Assembly: GCA_963664815.2 (NCBI GenBank)
Contig: CAXXHB010000003.1
Location: 2,176,001-2,240,000 of the forward strand
Source: Spirochaetota bacterium
GTDB lineage: Bacteria > Spirochaetota > UBA4802 > UBA5550
Direction: 5' to 3'
DNA length: 64,000 nt
The notes beneath the pieces were generated by a model. The model was not told where the DNA came from. It ran no database searches and saw nothing but the letters and a program-made list of their open reading frames with translations. Positions 19,421 through 30,116 of the stretch are shown here, in pieces; within the stretch, counting starts at the first letter, position 1; each line of letters starts with the position of its first letter. A program made the translations under genes and the position numbers.

Positions 19421-21067
19421 CTATTCCAGTACCGCTCCTTTTGCCGCTGAACCTACATATCTGATATACCGTTTCATGTATCCGTTGGGTATATCTTTTT
19501 CCGGGGGTTTCCACATCAGCCTCCGGCGATTCAGTTCTTCAGTATCAACATTAAGGTCAAGTTTACGCCCCGGAATATCGATGCTGATAATATCACCATC
19601 CTTCACCAGTGCAATTGGTCCGCCTGATGCAGCTTCCGGTGAGACATGTCCAATACAAGGACCTGCGCTTGCTCCTGAAAATCTTCCATCCGTAATAAGA
19701 GCAACTTTTTTAAATCCGGCAATCTCTATGCCCATTGTTACTGCAAGTGTCTCAGGCATGCCCGGCCCCCCTCTGGGGCCCTCGTTTCTGATTACAATAA
19801 CGTCACCTTCGCTGATGCTTTTACCCCTGATTGCCGCAAGCGCTTCCTTTTCGCCTTCAAAAACCCTTGCAGGACCGGAAAATACCAGCATTGATGGATC
19901 AACAGCTGACTGCTTTACTACAGCGCATTCAGGCGCAAGGCTTCCCTTCAGAATTACTGTGCTCCCCTCCGGCAGAAAAGGTTTGTTCCTTGGAGAGATA
20001 ACCCGGTTGTCTCTTACGGCAGCATACTCAAGATTTTCACTGATAGTTTTTCCTGTCACAGTCATTGACCTGACATTCAGATCATTTTCGAGCACCTTCA
20101 TTACAGCCGGCGTTCCTCCTGCAGTATACAGGTCAATAATGCCATATGGTCCGCTTGGTGATATGGCGCATAGCGTGGGAATCCTCCTGTTAAACTCGTT
20201 GAATCTTTCAACCGGATAATCAATACCCAGCTCACGGCCTATGGCCGGTATATGCAGTGTAGTGTTTGTTGAGCCGCCGATGGCAAGGTCAACCATGAGT
20301 GCGTTATCCAGCGCATCCCTGGTCAGTATTTTTCCTGCAGTGAGATTCTCTTCTGTCATATCGACTATACGTATACCTGCCCTGCGTGCGTATAAAAGCT
20401 TATCCGAATGGAATGAGGGTATATTAGCTGTACCCGGCAGGGCAAGCCCTAGTGCTTCAGTAAGGCACTGCATGGTGTTTGCCGTACCCATAAGTTCACA
20501 TGCCCCGCAGGCTGCCGGAATTGCGGTCTGCATTTTGTCAAAAGGATCTGTATAGGACTTGTGGTCAACGCTGCCGTTCATCGATGAGGAGTAGCGTATC
20601 TGCCAGCAGCCCGGCCCCCCTGTGACAAATATCGACGGGAGATCAAGTCGCGCAATTGCCATTATCATCCCCGGTATAATCTTGTCACAGCTTGCTATAC
20701 ATACAATTGCGTCGTATTTCATGCTTCTTACATGCATTTCTATAATATCTGCTATAAGATCCCTCTGCGCCAGTACGAAACGCATTCCTTCATGGCCTTC
20801 CGTCATACCGTCGCATGGTGCCGGCACCTGAAACCCGAATGGCACACCTCCGGCAGAATACACTCCCTCCTTAACTTTTTCAGCAATGATATCAAGATGT
20901 GCATGCCCGGGATTGATATCTGTCTTCGAAGATGCTATTGCTATAAGCGGTTTTCCCCTGATTTCATCAGGATCCATTCCCAAACCACGGAAGAAGGATT
21001 TCCTCACAACGCTTATAGGGAAATCACTGTCATTGAATATGACATTACTTTCTGTTTTTTTTGTCAT
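19421..21067 (-). CDS. ilvD: Dihydroxy-acid dehydratase (IlvD/Edd family)
   Basis: CDG, CDKIIPG, GAC..MGTANTM, GGSTN..LH, EGPRGGPGMPE, ITDGRFSG, GHVSPEA; exact substrate not established. Confidence 0.8.
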   Translation of the reverse strand: MTKKTESNVIFNDSDFPISVVRKSFFRGLGMDPDEIRGKPLIAIASSKTDINPGHAHLDIIAEKVKEGVYSAGGVPFGFQVPAPCDGMTEGHEGMRFVLAQRDLIADIIEMHVRSMKYDAIVCIASCDKIIPGMIMAIARLDLPSIFVTGGPGCWQIRYSSSMNGSVDHKSYTDPFDKMQTAIPAACGACELMGTANTMQCLTEALGLALPGTANIPSFHSDKLLYARRAGIRIVDMTEENLTAGKILTRDALDNALMVDLAIGGSTNTTLHIPAIGRELGIDYPVERFNEFNRRIPTLCAISPSGPYGIIDLYTAGGTPAVMKVLENDLNVRSMTVTGKTISENLEYAAVRDNRVISPRNKPFLPEGSTVILKGSLAPECAVVKQSAVDPSMLVFSGPARVFEGEKEALAAIRGKSISEGDVIVIRNEGPRGGPGMPETLAVTMGIEIAGFKKVALITDGRFSGASAGPCIGHVSPEAASGGPIALVKDGDIISIDIPGRKLDLNVDTEELNRRRLMWKPPEKDIPNGYMKRYIRYVGSAAKGAVLE

Positions 21068-21167
21068 TATGCCTCCGGGTATAGTTCTGTTTATTTACAG
21101 AAAAACTAAGAAATTGACAGATTAATGATCATATTTAACACAGGATTAGTAAAATTCTGTTTTATCG

Positions 21168-21938
21168 CTACAAATTATATGCTTTTAAATATTCCGGAAC
21201 TATAACTTTTATTCCGGAAAAATATTTATAGATCATTTCTATAAAATGAATACTATCTATTTTCCTGGATACCGGTGGAAAGGAATCATCATAATGATGT
21301 AAAAATATATTTTTAGGTTTGATTCTCTCCACAAACTGCAAAGTATAGTTGTCAAGATCCGATCTCCCCTGAAAAGGAATTGTCATTAAATCAACCCCTT
21401 GCGGATATTCTTCATTCATTGAAAGATTGAGACTTCCGAAGTGAAAAATCGTCTTACCGCCGGCCTCAATCTGATATGCCAGCATCTGCCCCATATCAAA
21501 TTTTTTATGAACCCTCATAAACGAACAAAAAGTTCTGAAATTGAGCAGAATTTGAGGATTGATGAAAGTTCGAAGTAATAAAGCCCTGTCCGGTTTTACA
21601 TGCTCCCCGGCGAAAACCCTTATCCTGAATGGATCGTTTTCAATTATATCCCCTGGTTGAATGGCGGTGATACGGCTATTCGGCACATTTTCTTTTATTA
21701 ATAGATTTTTTGTGTCCCGTGAACAGTAAACTTTACTATTTCCAGACGAAACAATTGCCGGAACATCCATGGCATGATCAAAATGACCATGTGTAAGAAA
21801 AATATTACCCATATCAGCTAATTCTTCCACACTCACGCACTTGATTTGCGCATTACGTGTAATAAATGGATCAAATATTACTGATTTTCCTTCATGAGTA
21901 ATACAAATGTTTGCAGTTCCAAACCATCTTAAATGCAT
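21168..21938 (-). CDS. MBL-fold metallo-hydrolase
   Basis: THGHFDH motif; DPF; HHYDD. Confidence 0.85.
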   Translation of the reverse strand: MHLRWFGTANICITHEGKSVIFDPFITRNAQIKCVSVEELADMGNIFLTHGHFDHAMDVPAIVSSGNSKVYCSRDTKNLLIKENVPNSRITAIQPGDIIENDPFRIRVFAGEHVKPDRALLLRTFINPQILLNFRTFCSFMRVHKKFDMGQMLAYQIEAGGKTIFHFGSLNLSMNEEYPQGVDLMTIPFQGRSDLDNYTLQFVERIKPKNIFLHHYDDSFPPVSRKIDSIHFIEMIYKYFSGIKVIVPEYLKAYNL

Positions 21939-22234
21939 ATCAGAGCCTCTTCTATATAAATTAACTCATAATCATTCAGTTCTCATTTAATCAGTTTCAT
22001 TTTGAGCTACAGCCGATATAATCTCAATCCTTAAAAATAAAAAAGTGATGTTTCCCTGAAAAAAATAAATCAGACTTGATTAATTAACACCAGATTTTAA
22101 TAAAACATTTATAGATTTATAAAACCCTGCATCCATGGAAACAGTTCAGAATAATAATATAATATTCTTTAATGATAAGCTGACAGCTGAACTCTCTCTT
22201 TTGAGAACAGGCAGCCAGCTGATATGAAGATCAG

Positions 22235-25200
22235 TCAGCTGACATCTAATAAAACCAGACATAGATCATCATTAAACTTATCTTTGCTGCAGAAAGATTT
22301 TAAAACATTAATCAGCCTGCCTGAAAACTGATACTGTTCCAGAAATGCATTTTTACGTATAAAATCCTTTAATCGTTCTTCACCGAAAAGCTGGTTATCT
22401 GAATTCATGCATTCAGTAATTCCATCAGTATAAAATATTACTCTGTCCCCCTTTTCAAGCCGTATCTCACCTTCTGATAATTCAAGGTCGCTGAACAGAC
22501 CCAAAGGCCTCCCTTTTGCCTTGAGTTCATAAAACTCATCACTTTTTTTTCTGTAAACCAGCGGATAGATATGTCCGGCATTTACATATTTCATCATTCC
22601 GGACTCTCTGTCTATGAGGCAGAAAAAAGTTGTCATATAGATTGAATTAACAGTTGAATTACACAATATATCATTTACACGGTATAATACCCCGGCACAG
22701 GAACTCTTATCAGATATACTGTCAAATGCCATTTTGGCAATCATTGATATAAAAGCGGAAACAAGTCCATGTCCCGAAACATCAGCAATATATATTTCTA
22801 TAAATGTTCCATCCTCTTTAAAACCATAAAAATCACCCCCGACCTCTTCCATCGGTATATAAGTAGGATGGAATTCAAACCCAGGTATAACCGGGATATT
22901 CTGCGGTAAAAGCCTGTGCTGAATCAGGCGGGCAATTTTTAACTCTTCTTCTATTTCAAAATTTCTTTTTTCAATACTGTATTCATAACTACGCGCCTTC
23001 AGCATCATTCTTATCCTGGTTAAAAGCTCCCTTGAGTTAAATGGTTTAATCAGATAATCATCAGCCCCATATTCAATTCCATCAATCTTGCTGGATATGT
23101 CGGTTTTTGCCGTAAGCATTATAACAGGCGTCCTTTTAAGTTCTTTATCATCCTTGATTTTCTTTGTCATCTCATAACCGTTCATTACCGGCATCATGAC
23201 ATCTGTTACTATCAGGTCAGGGCGCAGTTCACCGGCTTTTTCAAAACCTTCTTCACCATTTTCGGCAATATATACATTATAGTATCTCTGAAGAAGAAAC
23301 CTGAGAAAACTCTGCATATCAGGATTATCTTCAACAATAAGAATATCTTTACTGTTTTCTTTTATAATAATCTCCGCCGGTTCCCTGTTCCAGTTCTCAT
23401 GTTTCAGTTCAGTCATCTCTCTCATGCCGAAAAAGCGGTAATCGGATACAGAATCCTCCATTTCACTAATCCCGACAAGTTTAAGATTATCATTATTTCG
23501 GAGATGCTCTTTCCCTTTCGGTATTGTCACAATAAAGGTTGTGCCATGATCATCAGGATAATCAGTTATATATCTGCTTTTAACTGTTATTGTACCGCCA
23601 TGCATTTCAACAAACTCTTTTACCAGGGCAAGCCCTATACCTGTACCTTCATATTTTCTGGTAAGACCGGAATCAACCTGCGAAAACCGGTCAAATATAG
23701 ATTCATATTTATCAGAAGGAATTCCAATGCCTGAATCTTCAAATCCGACATAACAGTTTTTATCATCATCCCTTACTGATACATTTATAAATCCCCCCGT
23801 ATCAGTGAATTTCAGGGAATTAGAAAGAAGATTCATAACTATTTTGTCCATCTTTTCAATGTCTATATACAGCATTACAACATTATTCAATGGAGCACAA
23901 TTGAGGCTTATTTTTTTAGATTCAGCCGCTGAAAGAATAGTAGAAATATAATTTCTGATTAAAAGAACAATATCCACCTCCTGGATTTTCATATCCATAC
24001 GACCTGCTTCAATTTTAGAAAAGTCCAGAAGGTTATTGATCAGTTTCAGAAGCCTGACAGCATTTCTCTGTAAATTCCTGAAAAAACTATCATCAATCTT
24101 CTCATCATACTCACCCTGTAAAACCGATTCCACCGGTGAAAGTATCAGGGTAAGAGGCGTACGGATTTCATGTGAGATATTTGCAAAAAAGTTTGATTTC
24201 ATCTTGTCAAGCTCTTTGAGATTTTCATTCGCTTTATTCAGTTCCATGGTTCTTTCAGCTACTTTTTTCTCCAGGTTTTCTGTAGCATTCCGCTGTATCT
24301 CAATAGTCCTGATCTGTGCTGATTCTTTTTCTTCTTTCAGTATATTGATTCTGTCACCCAGTGCAAATGAAAGTAAAATTACTTCCGCCGCAGAACCGAT
24401 CTGTACGCTGTATTGCGTCACAAAATTTGAAGGGAGATATCCTGCATACTGCAGACCCAACAGTGAACATCCGATTAAAAACATTGTCCATGCGGCAAGA
24501 TAGTAACGCGCCGTTCTGTTACCTCTGATGGCGCTGATTATACCTACTATAAAATAATTCACAACGGCTATTATTGTAGTTGTTGCTGACAACCTTGTGG
24601 CAAAGGAGTATTCCATTGTCAGGGATATAACCATTCCTGTGAGAGACCAGAACATCATGAACAACACCATTTTCTCCGCAGCCGGAGCCAGTTCCTTCAG
24701 GTTTAAAAAAGTACGTATGAACTGACCTATGGTAAGTATTCCGAGAAAAATAAAAAACGGAGTACTGATCTTGGCCCACCGGATACTGTGCGGCCATATA
24801 TACTGGAAGGCAAGCCCGTTGATTGACAAAGAAAACAACATGAAAGAGATAATATAAATTATATAATAAAGATAACTTTTATCACGGACAGAGATGAAAA
24901 CAAACAGGTTGTATAATATCATAACCAGTAATATACCGTAATACAATCCAAGAGCCATATATTCATCACTGGCTTTTTCAGCGAAATACTCCCGTGTCTG
25001 AAGAACCATTGGAAACTTTAATGAACTTGAAGATTTTATTTTTACAAAAAAAATGCTGTTCCCCTGATTAATATTGACCTTGAAAATAAAGTTTCTGTGC
25101 AGCAGTGTCCTGTTTTCAAAATTATAGTGAAAACCCGCTATCTCCTTATGATAATTATTATAATTATCCGGCGTATATAGTTCTATAAAATCAAGATGCG

Positions 25201-25552
25201 GATATCCTATCTCCAGATACATATCTTTTGAATATTTATAAGGATTATTTACACGGAGTCTGATCCAGTATACAGATGTTGTATATCCATACTTGGGAAC
25301 CTCTGCTTTACTCCTTATGAAATCTCTGTCAGTTTTATTATTCAGCAGATCTTCAATTTTGAGAACACCGTTCTTGTCCTCCAGTATTTCAATGTTTGTA
25401 CCAAGGTTATAGTGATTAATAAAGGGATCGAGTTTAATTATATTCGATTGAGCAGCTGCATTTAAAGAGTATAAAGTAACAAGGAGCAGAATTATATTTA
25501 TTGTTAAGAAATGGGTCTTTATTCTCATCGTATATCCATTAAAAGAGAGCAT
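22235..25552 (-). CDS. Hybrid sensor: 7TM-DISM (extracellular + 7TM), HisKA, HATPase, receiver and SpoIIE/PP2C phosphatase
   Basis: ANISHEIRTPL, NLLSNSLKF, GTGIGL; REC (ILIVEDN, DVMMP, KPF); PP2C (VGGDFY, DVSGHG, YTDG, DD). Confidence 0.9.
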   Translation of the reverse strand: MLSFNGYTMRIKTHFLTINIILLLVTLYSLNAAAQSNIIKLDPFINHYNLGTNIEILEDKNGVLKIEDLLNNKTDRDFIRSKAEVPKYGYTTSVYWIRLRVNNPYKYSKDMYLEIGYPHLDFIELYTPDNYNNYHKEIAGFHYNFENRTLLHRNFIFKVNINQGNSIFFVKIKSSSSLKFPMVLQTREYFAEKASDEYMALGLYYGILLVMILYNLFVFISVRDKSYLYYIIYIISFMLFSLSINGLAFQYIWPHSIRWAKISTPFFIFLGILTIGQFIRTFLNLKELAPAAEKMVLFMMFWSLTGMVISLTMEYSFATRLSATTTIIAVVNYFIVGIISAIRGNRTARYYLAAWTMFLIGCSLLGLQYAGYLPSNFVTQYSVQIGSAAEVILLSFALGDRINILKEEKESAQIRTIEIQRNATENLEKKVAERTMELNKANENLKELDKMKSNFFANISHEIRTPLTLILSPVESVLQGEYDEKIDDSFFRNLQRNAVRLLKLINNLLDFSKIEAGRMDMKIQEVDIVLLIRNYISTILSAAESKKISLNCAPLNNVVMLYIDIEKMDKIVMNLLSNSLKFTDTGGFINVSVRDDDKNCYVGFEDSGIGIPSDKYESIFDRFSQVDSGLTRKYEGTGIGLALVKEFVEMHGGTITVKSRYITDYPDDHGTTFIVTIPKGKEHLRNNDNLKLVGISEMEDSVSDYRFFGMREMTELKHENWNREPAEIIIKENSKDILIVEDNPDMQSFLRFLLQRYYNVYIAENGEEGFEKAGELRPDLIVTDVMMPVMNGYEMTKKIKDDKELKRTPVIMLTAKTDISSKIDGIEYGADDYLIKPFNSRELLTRIRMMLKARSYEYSIEKRNFEIEEELKIARLIQHRLLPQNIPVIPGFEFHPTYIPMEEVGGDFYGFKEDGTFIEIYIADVSGHGLVSAFISMIAKMAFDSISDKSSCAGVLYRVNDILCNSTVNSIYMTTFFCLIDRESGMMKYVNAGHIYPLVYRKKSDEFYELKAKGRPLGLFSDLELSEGEIRLEKGDRVIFYTDGITECMNSDNQLFGEERLKDFIRKNAFLEQYQFSGRLINVLKSFCSKDKFNDDLCLVLLDVS

Positions 25553-25957
25553 TCATAATTAAAAATTCAATATACCTGTATAATAATTATATCAGCTGAA
25601 TTTGTCTAACTATAATACAGATACAGAATTCATTATTTCAAAGATATATCTGTTTTATTACAAGCAGAATAATGTATAAATTGTCATACACTCCCTTAAA
25701 TCAATGATGAATTTCAATAAGATACAAGCTTAAAATATCAGCAGGAGATATCAAGTCACCAGATTTTACCGGTATTGCATATATTTAAAAAGTCTATCAT
25801 AAATAAATTCATTTGCCAAAAGACTGATTATGATATTTAAACATAATCGATGATATAATTGAGAAATATTAAAACATAGTCGAAGAAAGATAAACAGGAT
25901 CAGCAGTTTGAGTCCGAAGTTAAGTTTAGACTGCAATAAATATAATGAGGTGCAAAA

Positions 25958-26233
25958 ATGGAGCTTAAAAAAATATGTTCTTTTATTAAAGAAAATGTTT
26001 ATTTCAATCTATTTTTAATAATTATCTCTTTTTGGATTGGTATAACTTTTTCAAGTCAAGGAAGTATCTTATATATAATAAGTGATTTTATGATTAAAAA
26101 ATTTGAATCACCTATTGAGGTACAATTTTTAATTGAATTAATAATAATACTGTATTGTATTACAATCTATTTTTCATTCAGGATTATTATTAATTTAATT
26201 CTTAAAGTATATGAATATTATAGTAACAAATAA
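25958..26233 (+). CDS. Small hypothetical membrane protein (2 TM)
   Basis: GAGGTG RBS; two hydrophobic helices; very AT-rich. Confidence 0.5.
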   Translation: MELKKICSFIKENVYFNLFLIIISFWIGITFSSQGSILYIISDFMIKKFESPIEVQFLIELIIILYCITIYFSFRIIINLILKVYEYYSNK

Positions 26234-26951
26234 TTATAATATTTTCTTAAACCTGCGATTTATTAAAGTTTCATGTTATCTTATCCAGCAGTTGGACATA
26301 ACATTTCCGGAAAATACTGTTTCTTAAATGGATGTGCAGTTTTTTGAAAAACCATAAAACTATTAACCCTGTTTTTTTATTTTGCTTTCCTTTATAATCT
26401 TGTAAACCTTATCCCCTTTTTTTAATTTATCAATAGAACCGGAAAGTACTCTGCATTTTACAACTGTCATCATTGGAAACGCAGCATCTAACACAACAGC
26501 CTCATTTCCGGTGAAGACAGTAAGCTGCAGAAAAATTGAATTTAAACCTCTCCGATTTCATTATATATTAAATGAATATATAGTTGTAACCATTACACCA
26601 TAAAACTGGTTCTTGGTATTATCCTCTAATTTTATTAAATATTGATACCTTCCCCCTATGGAAAGTGTAATTGATGTATCAGGTATGACATATGCCAAAT
26701 TCATCGTTGCATTTGGTCCGGCTGATGAATTCTCTGTTTTTTCAATTTCTGGATCTATTGCCTGATAATCATAAGTTATTTTGTCTTCATTTTTATTATT
26801 TAAATATACACCTGAAATCGAACTTATTAAATAAACATTATCAGTTATATTAAATGTTAATTATAGTGAGCCCAAAAAATGAGACACAGATTTCAATATG
26901 ATGAAGTGTATTTTTCCTTGAAATAAAACACAAGGAGAATTATAAAAGGTA

Positions 26952-27251
26952 ATGAAAAAACGACATAGTAAAGAGTTCAAAGCAAAAGTAGCCATTGATG
27001 CCCTCCGTGGAGAAAAGACAGTACAGGAGTTGGCACAGAAGTATGAGATACACCCGAATCAGGTGACACTCTGGAAGAAGCAGTTAATTGAGAACGCAAC
27101 TACCGCATTTGATAAACATGGTAATGACAAAGAATTAGATGATACTGAAAAGAAACAAGACGAACTTTACAGCCAGATAGGTCAGCTCAAAGTTGAGAAT
27201 GATTTTTTAAAAAAAAAGTACAAGCAACTGTACGGGACAGAGCCGAAGTAG
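26952..27251 (+). CDS. IS3 transposase OrfA (HTH)
   Basis: [14 protein letters not shown]...[20 protein letters not shown]. Confidence 0.93.
   Translation: MKKRHSKEFKAKVAIDALRGEKTVQELAQKYEIHPNQVTLWKKQLIENATTAFDKHGNDKELDDTEKKQDELYSQIGQLKVENDFLKKKYKQLYGTEPK
27209..27218 (+). other. Programmed -1 frameshift site (A9G) joining OrfA to OrfB
   Basis: AAAAAAAAAG; the -1 frame from 27218 is open into orfB. Confidence 0.8.
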
Positions 27252-27265
27252 TAGAGCCCGGACAT

Positions 27266-28084
27266 ATGAAACTATCAATTAAAGAACAATGTGCAATTCT
27301 CGGCATAAGCCGTTCATCGTATTACTATAAGCCAGAATTGGCATTGAATGAAACCAATGTTGCAATATTGAAAGCTATCATGGAAGAATTAAAGCTTCAT
27401 CCGTTTTACGGATATAGGAAGATTACTATAGCCCTTAAGGACATGAGTGTCACAAGAAAGCAGATTAGGTTAATCATGAAAAAGGCCGGACTGCGGGCTA
27501 TTTATCCCGGCAAACGCTTGTCAATACCAGTAAAGATGCATGAGAAATATCCATATCTCCTTCAAGATAAGAATATATGGCTTCCGAATCAGGTATGGGC
27601 GACAGACATTACGTACATTAAGCTTTCAGGAGGTCATGTATATCTAATTGCTATTCTTGATTTATTCAGCCGGAAGGTGCTTTCATGGAAACTGTCAAAT
27701 ACGCTGGATGCAGAATTTTGCGTATCGGCTCTTGAAGAAGCAATAATGACATATGGAACACCGGCGATTTTCAATACAGATCAGGGGAGCCAGTTTACAT
27801 CTGAGGCATTTACAGAAAAACTTAAGAGCCATGGGATAAGGATCAGTATGGATGGCAAAGGACGAGCTCTGGATAACATTTATATTGAACGGCTCTGGAG
27901 GTCTCTCAAGTATGAAGAAATATATCTGAATGAATATCGCACCATGGAGAATTTAAAAGCAGCATTGAAAAGATATTTTGATTTTTATAATACTGAAAGA
28001 TTTCACCAGTCACTGGAGTATGCCACACCGGATAAAATATATTATTCGTCATTTAAAGAACAATGTCAGGAAGAAGCAGCTTGA
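27266..28084 (+). CDS. IS3 transposase OrfB (DDE)
   Basis: WATDITYI, NTDQGSQF, DNIYIERLWRSLKYE. Confidence 0.95.
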   Translation: MKLSIKEQCAILGISRSSYYYKPELALNETNVAILKAIMEELKLHPFYGYRKITIALKDMSVTRKQIRLIMKKAGLRAIYPGKRLSIPVKMHEKYPYLLQDKNIWLPNQVWATDITYIKLSGGHVYLIAILDLFSRKVLSWKLSNTLDAEFCVSALEEAIMTYGTPAIFNTDQGSQFTSEAFTEKLKSHGIRISMDGKGRALDNIYIERLWRSLKYEEIYLNEYRTMENLKAALKRYFDFYNTERFHQSLEYATPDKIYYSSFKEQCQEEAA

Positions 28085-28890
28085 AGGCCTGGAGAGATAC
28101 ACCAAAACATTTTAAAATCATGTATTGACAAAAGGGCTCACCTTAAATGTAAAACCTGCACCGGGACCGTTAGAATCTGTTTTTGAACTATATGAACCTG
28201 AGTAAACAGTATCTGGCGATGTACTTGTATAATAATAATAGCCGCCGTCACCTTTTTGAGCACAATATTTCCAGCCGAAAAATAATTTGAAAACATCATT
28301 AAATCTATAATTTATAGTCAAGTCCCCTTCAAAACGTTCTATTTTATCCAGATATCTGAAAAAATAAATTGCGCCTGAATCAATGTAATTTGCTTTACAT
28401 TTCCATCCAGTACCATAAGAGAATACTCCACCAATTGAAATGTTTTCCGTAAATTGAACACCTAAAATAACCCCATAAATAAAATTTGCATTTTCAGTCA
28501 TTTCAAATTTACGATCAGTGACCCATATATCATCCTTTTGAATCATCTCATTTTTAAAACTTGGTTCATACCATGCATACCAAACGTTAGCACCTGCACT
28601 GATAGATACGGCGTAAAGATTAATTGGAATAATTAAAGAAATCAGACTTAAGACTAAATAGTTTATGTTTTTCATTATTGTCTCCTTAATATTAATGATT
28701 AAGAAATCTACAGACTTAAGCATGATAAACAACCGACATTCATGATACATTCCATAAAATATTTGAAGGATAAATCCATTTACAATTGCCGTTCAAAACT
28801 TCCCGCAAAAACAGGTAAAGAACTGAAACAATATTATATTCAGCAGAATTATAACAAACACACTGTCTTATATCGGGCCGGTCAAATATA

Positions 28891-29694
28891 TCAAAAATAA
28901 TACATAAGCGACAGTGTCACGCCATAATACCTGTCCATATTACCCGAAGCATTATATACATCATTTGATGATTTATACCAAAGAGCCTGGTAGCGCCCCC
29001 CGAGAGCTATTGATGTGTTTAGAGACTCGATGTAATACGACAGGGATACCGTTGAGTTAAATCCCTGTCCATAGTAATATGTTGAACCACTAGTGTCTGT
29101 AAAAGCAAGCTGTAAAGGACTACACAAACTGCAGTAGGATAAACCGCACTGAAAGTACAAATTATCAAAAATAAGACTCAACGGAATAGCTGCACTTACT
29201 CCGGCACCTCCGCCGAATTCATTAATACCCATGCAATACCCGTTAACATTTTTGCCCGATGCGCCAGTTCCGGATACTTCATCATTATTAACAGTCATAA
29301 ATTTGAATCCTGCAAAGAGTTTGAAGTATTGCGTAAGCGTATAACTTATTGTTAAATCCGAATCTACCCTTGTTAACGGTGCATTAGAAACATGAACGTT
29401 GCTTTGACTGCCAGATCCCATTGTGACCGGTCCTGTTTCTATATCAGTTTTATATTGCATAACGGAGTATAATATCACAGCAGTAAATGTAAAGTTATCT
29501 GAAAATCCCCATGATATAACAGGTCCCATCATAAGAGCCGGATCTATCTCCACTTTATCGTAAAAATCTTTCCAGAAAGGACTATACCATGAATAGAATG
29601 ATGTCATACCTATTGATAGATCACTGGCCCGTGTAATAGAAGTTGTTAATACAAACAATATTGAAATCATTATAGTTATAATTCTCTTTTTCAT
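28891..29694 (-). CDS. Outer-membrane beta-barrel protein (intact paralogue of the IS-split gene)
   Basis: Signal peptide, alternating hydrophobic/aromatic strands, GGRYQ motif, C-terminal Phe. Confidence 0.75.
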   Translation of the reverse strand: MKKRIITIMISILFVLTTSITRASDLSIGMTSFYSWYSPFWKDFYDKVEIDPALMMGPVISWGFSDNFTFTAVILYSVMQYKTDIETGPVTMGSGSQSNVHVSNAPLTRVDSDLTISYTLTQYFKLFAGFKFMTVNNDEVSGTGASGKNVNGYCMGINEFGGGAGVSAAIPLSLIFDNLYFQCGLSYCSLCSPLQLAFTDTSGSTYYYGQGFNSTVSLSYYIESLNTSIALGGRYQALWYKSSNDVYNASGNMDRYYGVTLSLMYYF

Positions 29695-29765
29695 TTCCGG
29701 CTCCCCTGTTAAAATATTATGGTTATATTTATAGCCATGTTTCTGTTAAGTCAATACAGGGTGCA

Positions 29766-29795
29766 ATGAACGGCCTTTATTAAGTAATGAACGAC
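29766..29795 (-). promoter_or_regulatory. LytTR-type direct repeat (9 bp - 12 bp - 9 bp) upstream of a TTGACT -35 element
   Basis: Minus strand GTCGTTCAT-N12-GCCGTTCAT, 21-bp period. Confidence 0.65.
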
Positions 29796-30116
29796 ATATG
29801 AACCGGATATTTCAGCAGAAATATTTAATTTTGAGCGACATGTAACTGATTAATCATCAAGACCAGTTTTTTTAATTTCACAGGAATTACGTTAGGTTTA
29901 ATAATCTTGACATACATTTGGTTTTTCAGATTTGACATTAAACATTTTCATCTTTATATAATACTATTATGGAACCTTTCCGGATAAAAGCAGGTCTAAT
30001 AAAAAAATATATTTTTAATCATTTTTAAATCAAAAATATATATTTTAAAAAAATGAGTCATAAAAAAGATTTAGATAAATGATTCATAATTATCACTCAA
30101 TAAATAATTAAAACCA

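Larger units (their letters stand above)
26862..28145 (+). mobile_element. Complete IS3-family insertion sequence, 1284 bp, with 3-bp target duplication AAT
   Basis: Imperfect terminal IRs TATAGTGAGCCC... / reverse complement TAAGGTGAGCCC...; AAT at 26859-26861 and 28146-28148; orfA + orfB. Confidence 0.92.
26561..28675 (-). pseudogene. Outer-membrane beta-barrel gene (275 aa reconstructed) disrupted by IS3 insertion; 5' part 28675-28146, 3' part 26858-26561
   Basis: Removing the IS and one AAT copy restores an open frame ...GPGAGFTLTFNITDNVY...SIGGRYQY...FYGVMVTTIYSFNI*, homologous to the neighbour at 28891-29694. Confidence 0.9.

Noticed and set aside
19476-20219. 247-aa plus-strand ORF, and similar long antisense ORFs such as 50809-51696 and 24036-24503
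   Set aside because: Entirely antisense to well-supported genes; typical shadow frames
26363-26525. Short minus-strand open frame (…DAAFPMMTVVKCRVLSGSIDKLKKGDKVY…) that reads like a gene remnant
   Set aside because: No clear RBS or 5' part and no family I can name; needs a homology search
28118-28750. ORF-track 210-aa protein as an intact gene
   Set aside because: Its last residues are read from the IS end; it is the 5' half of the interrupted barrel gene
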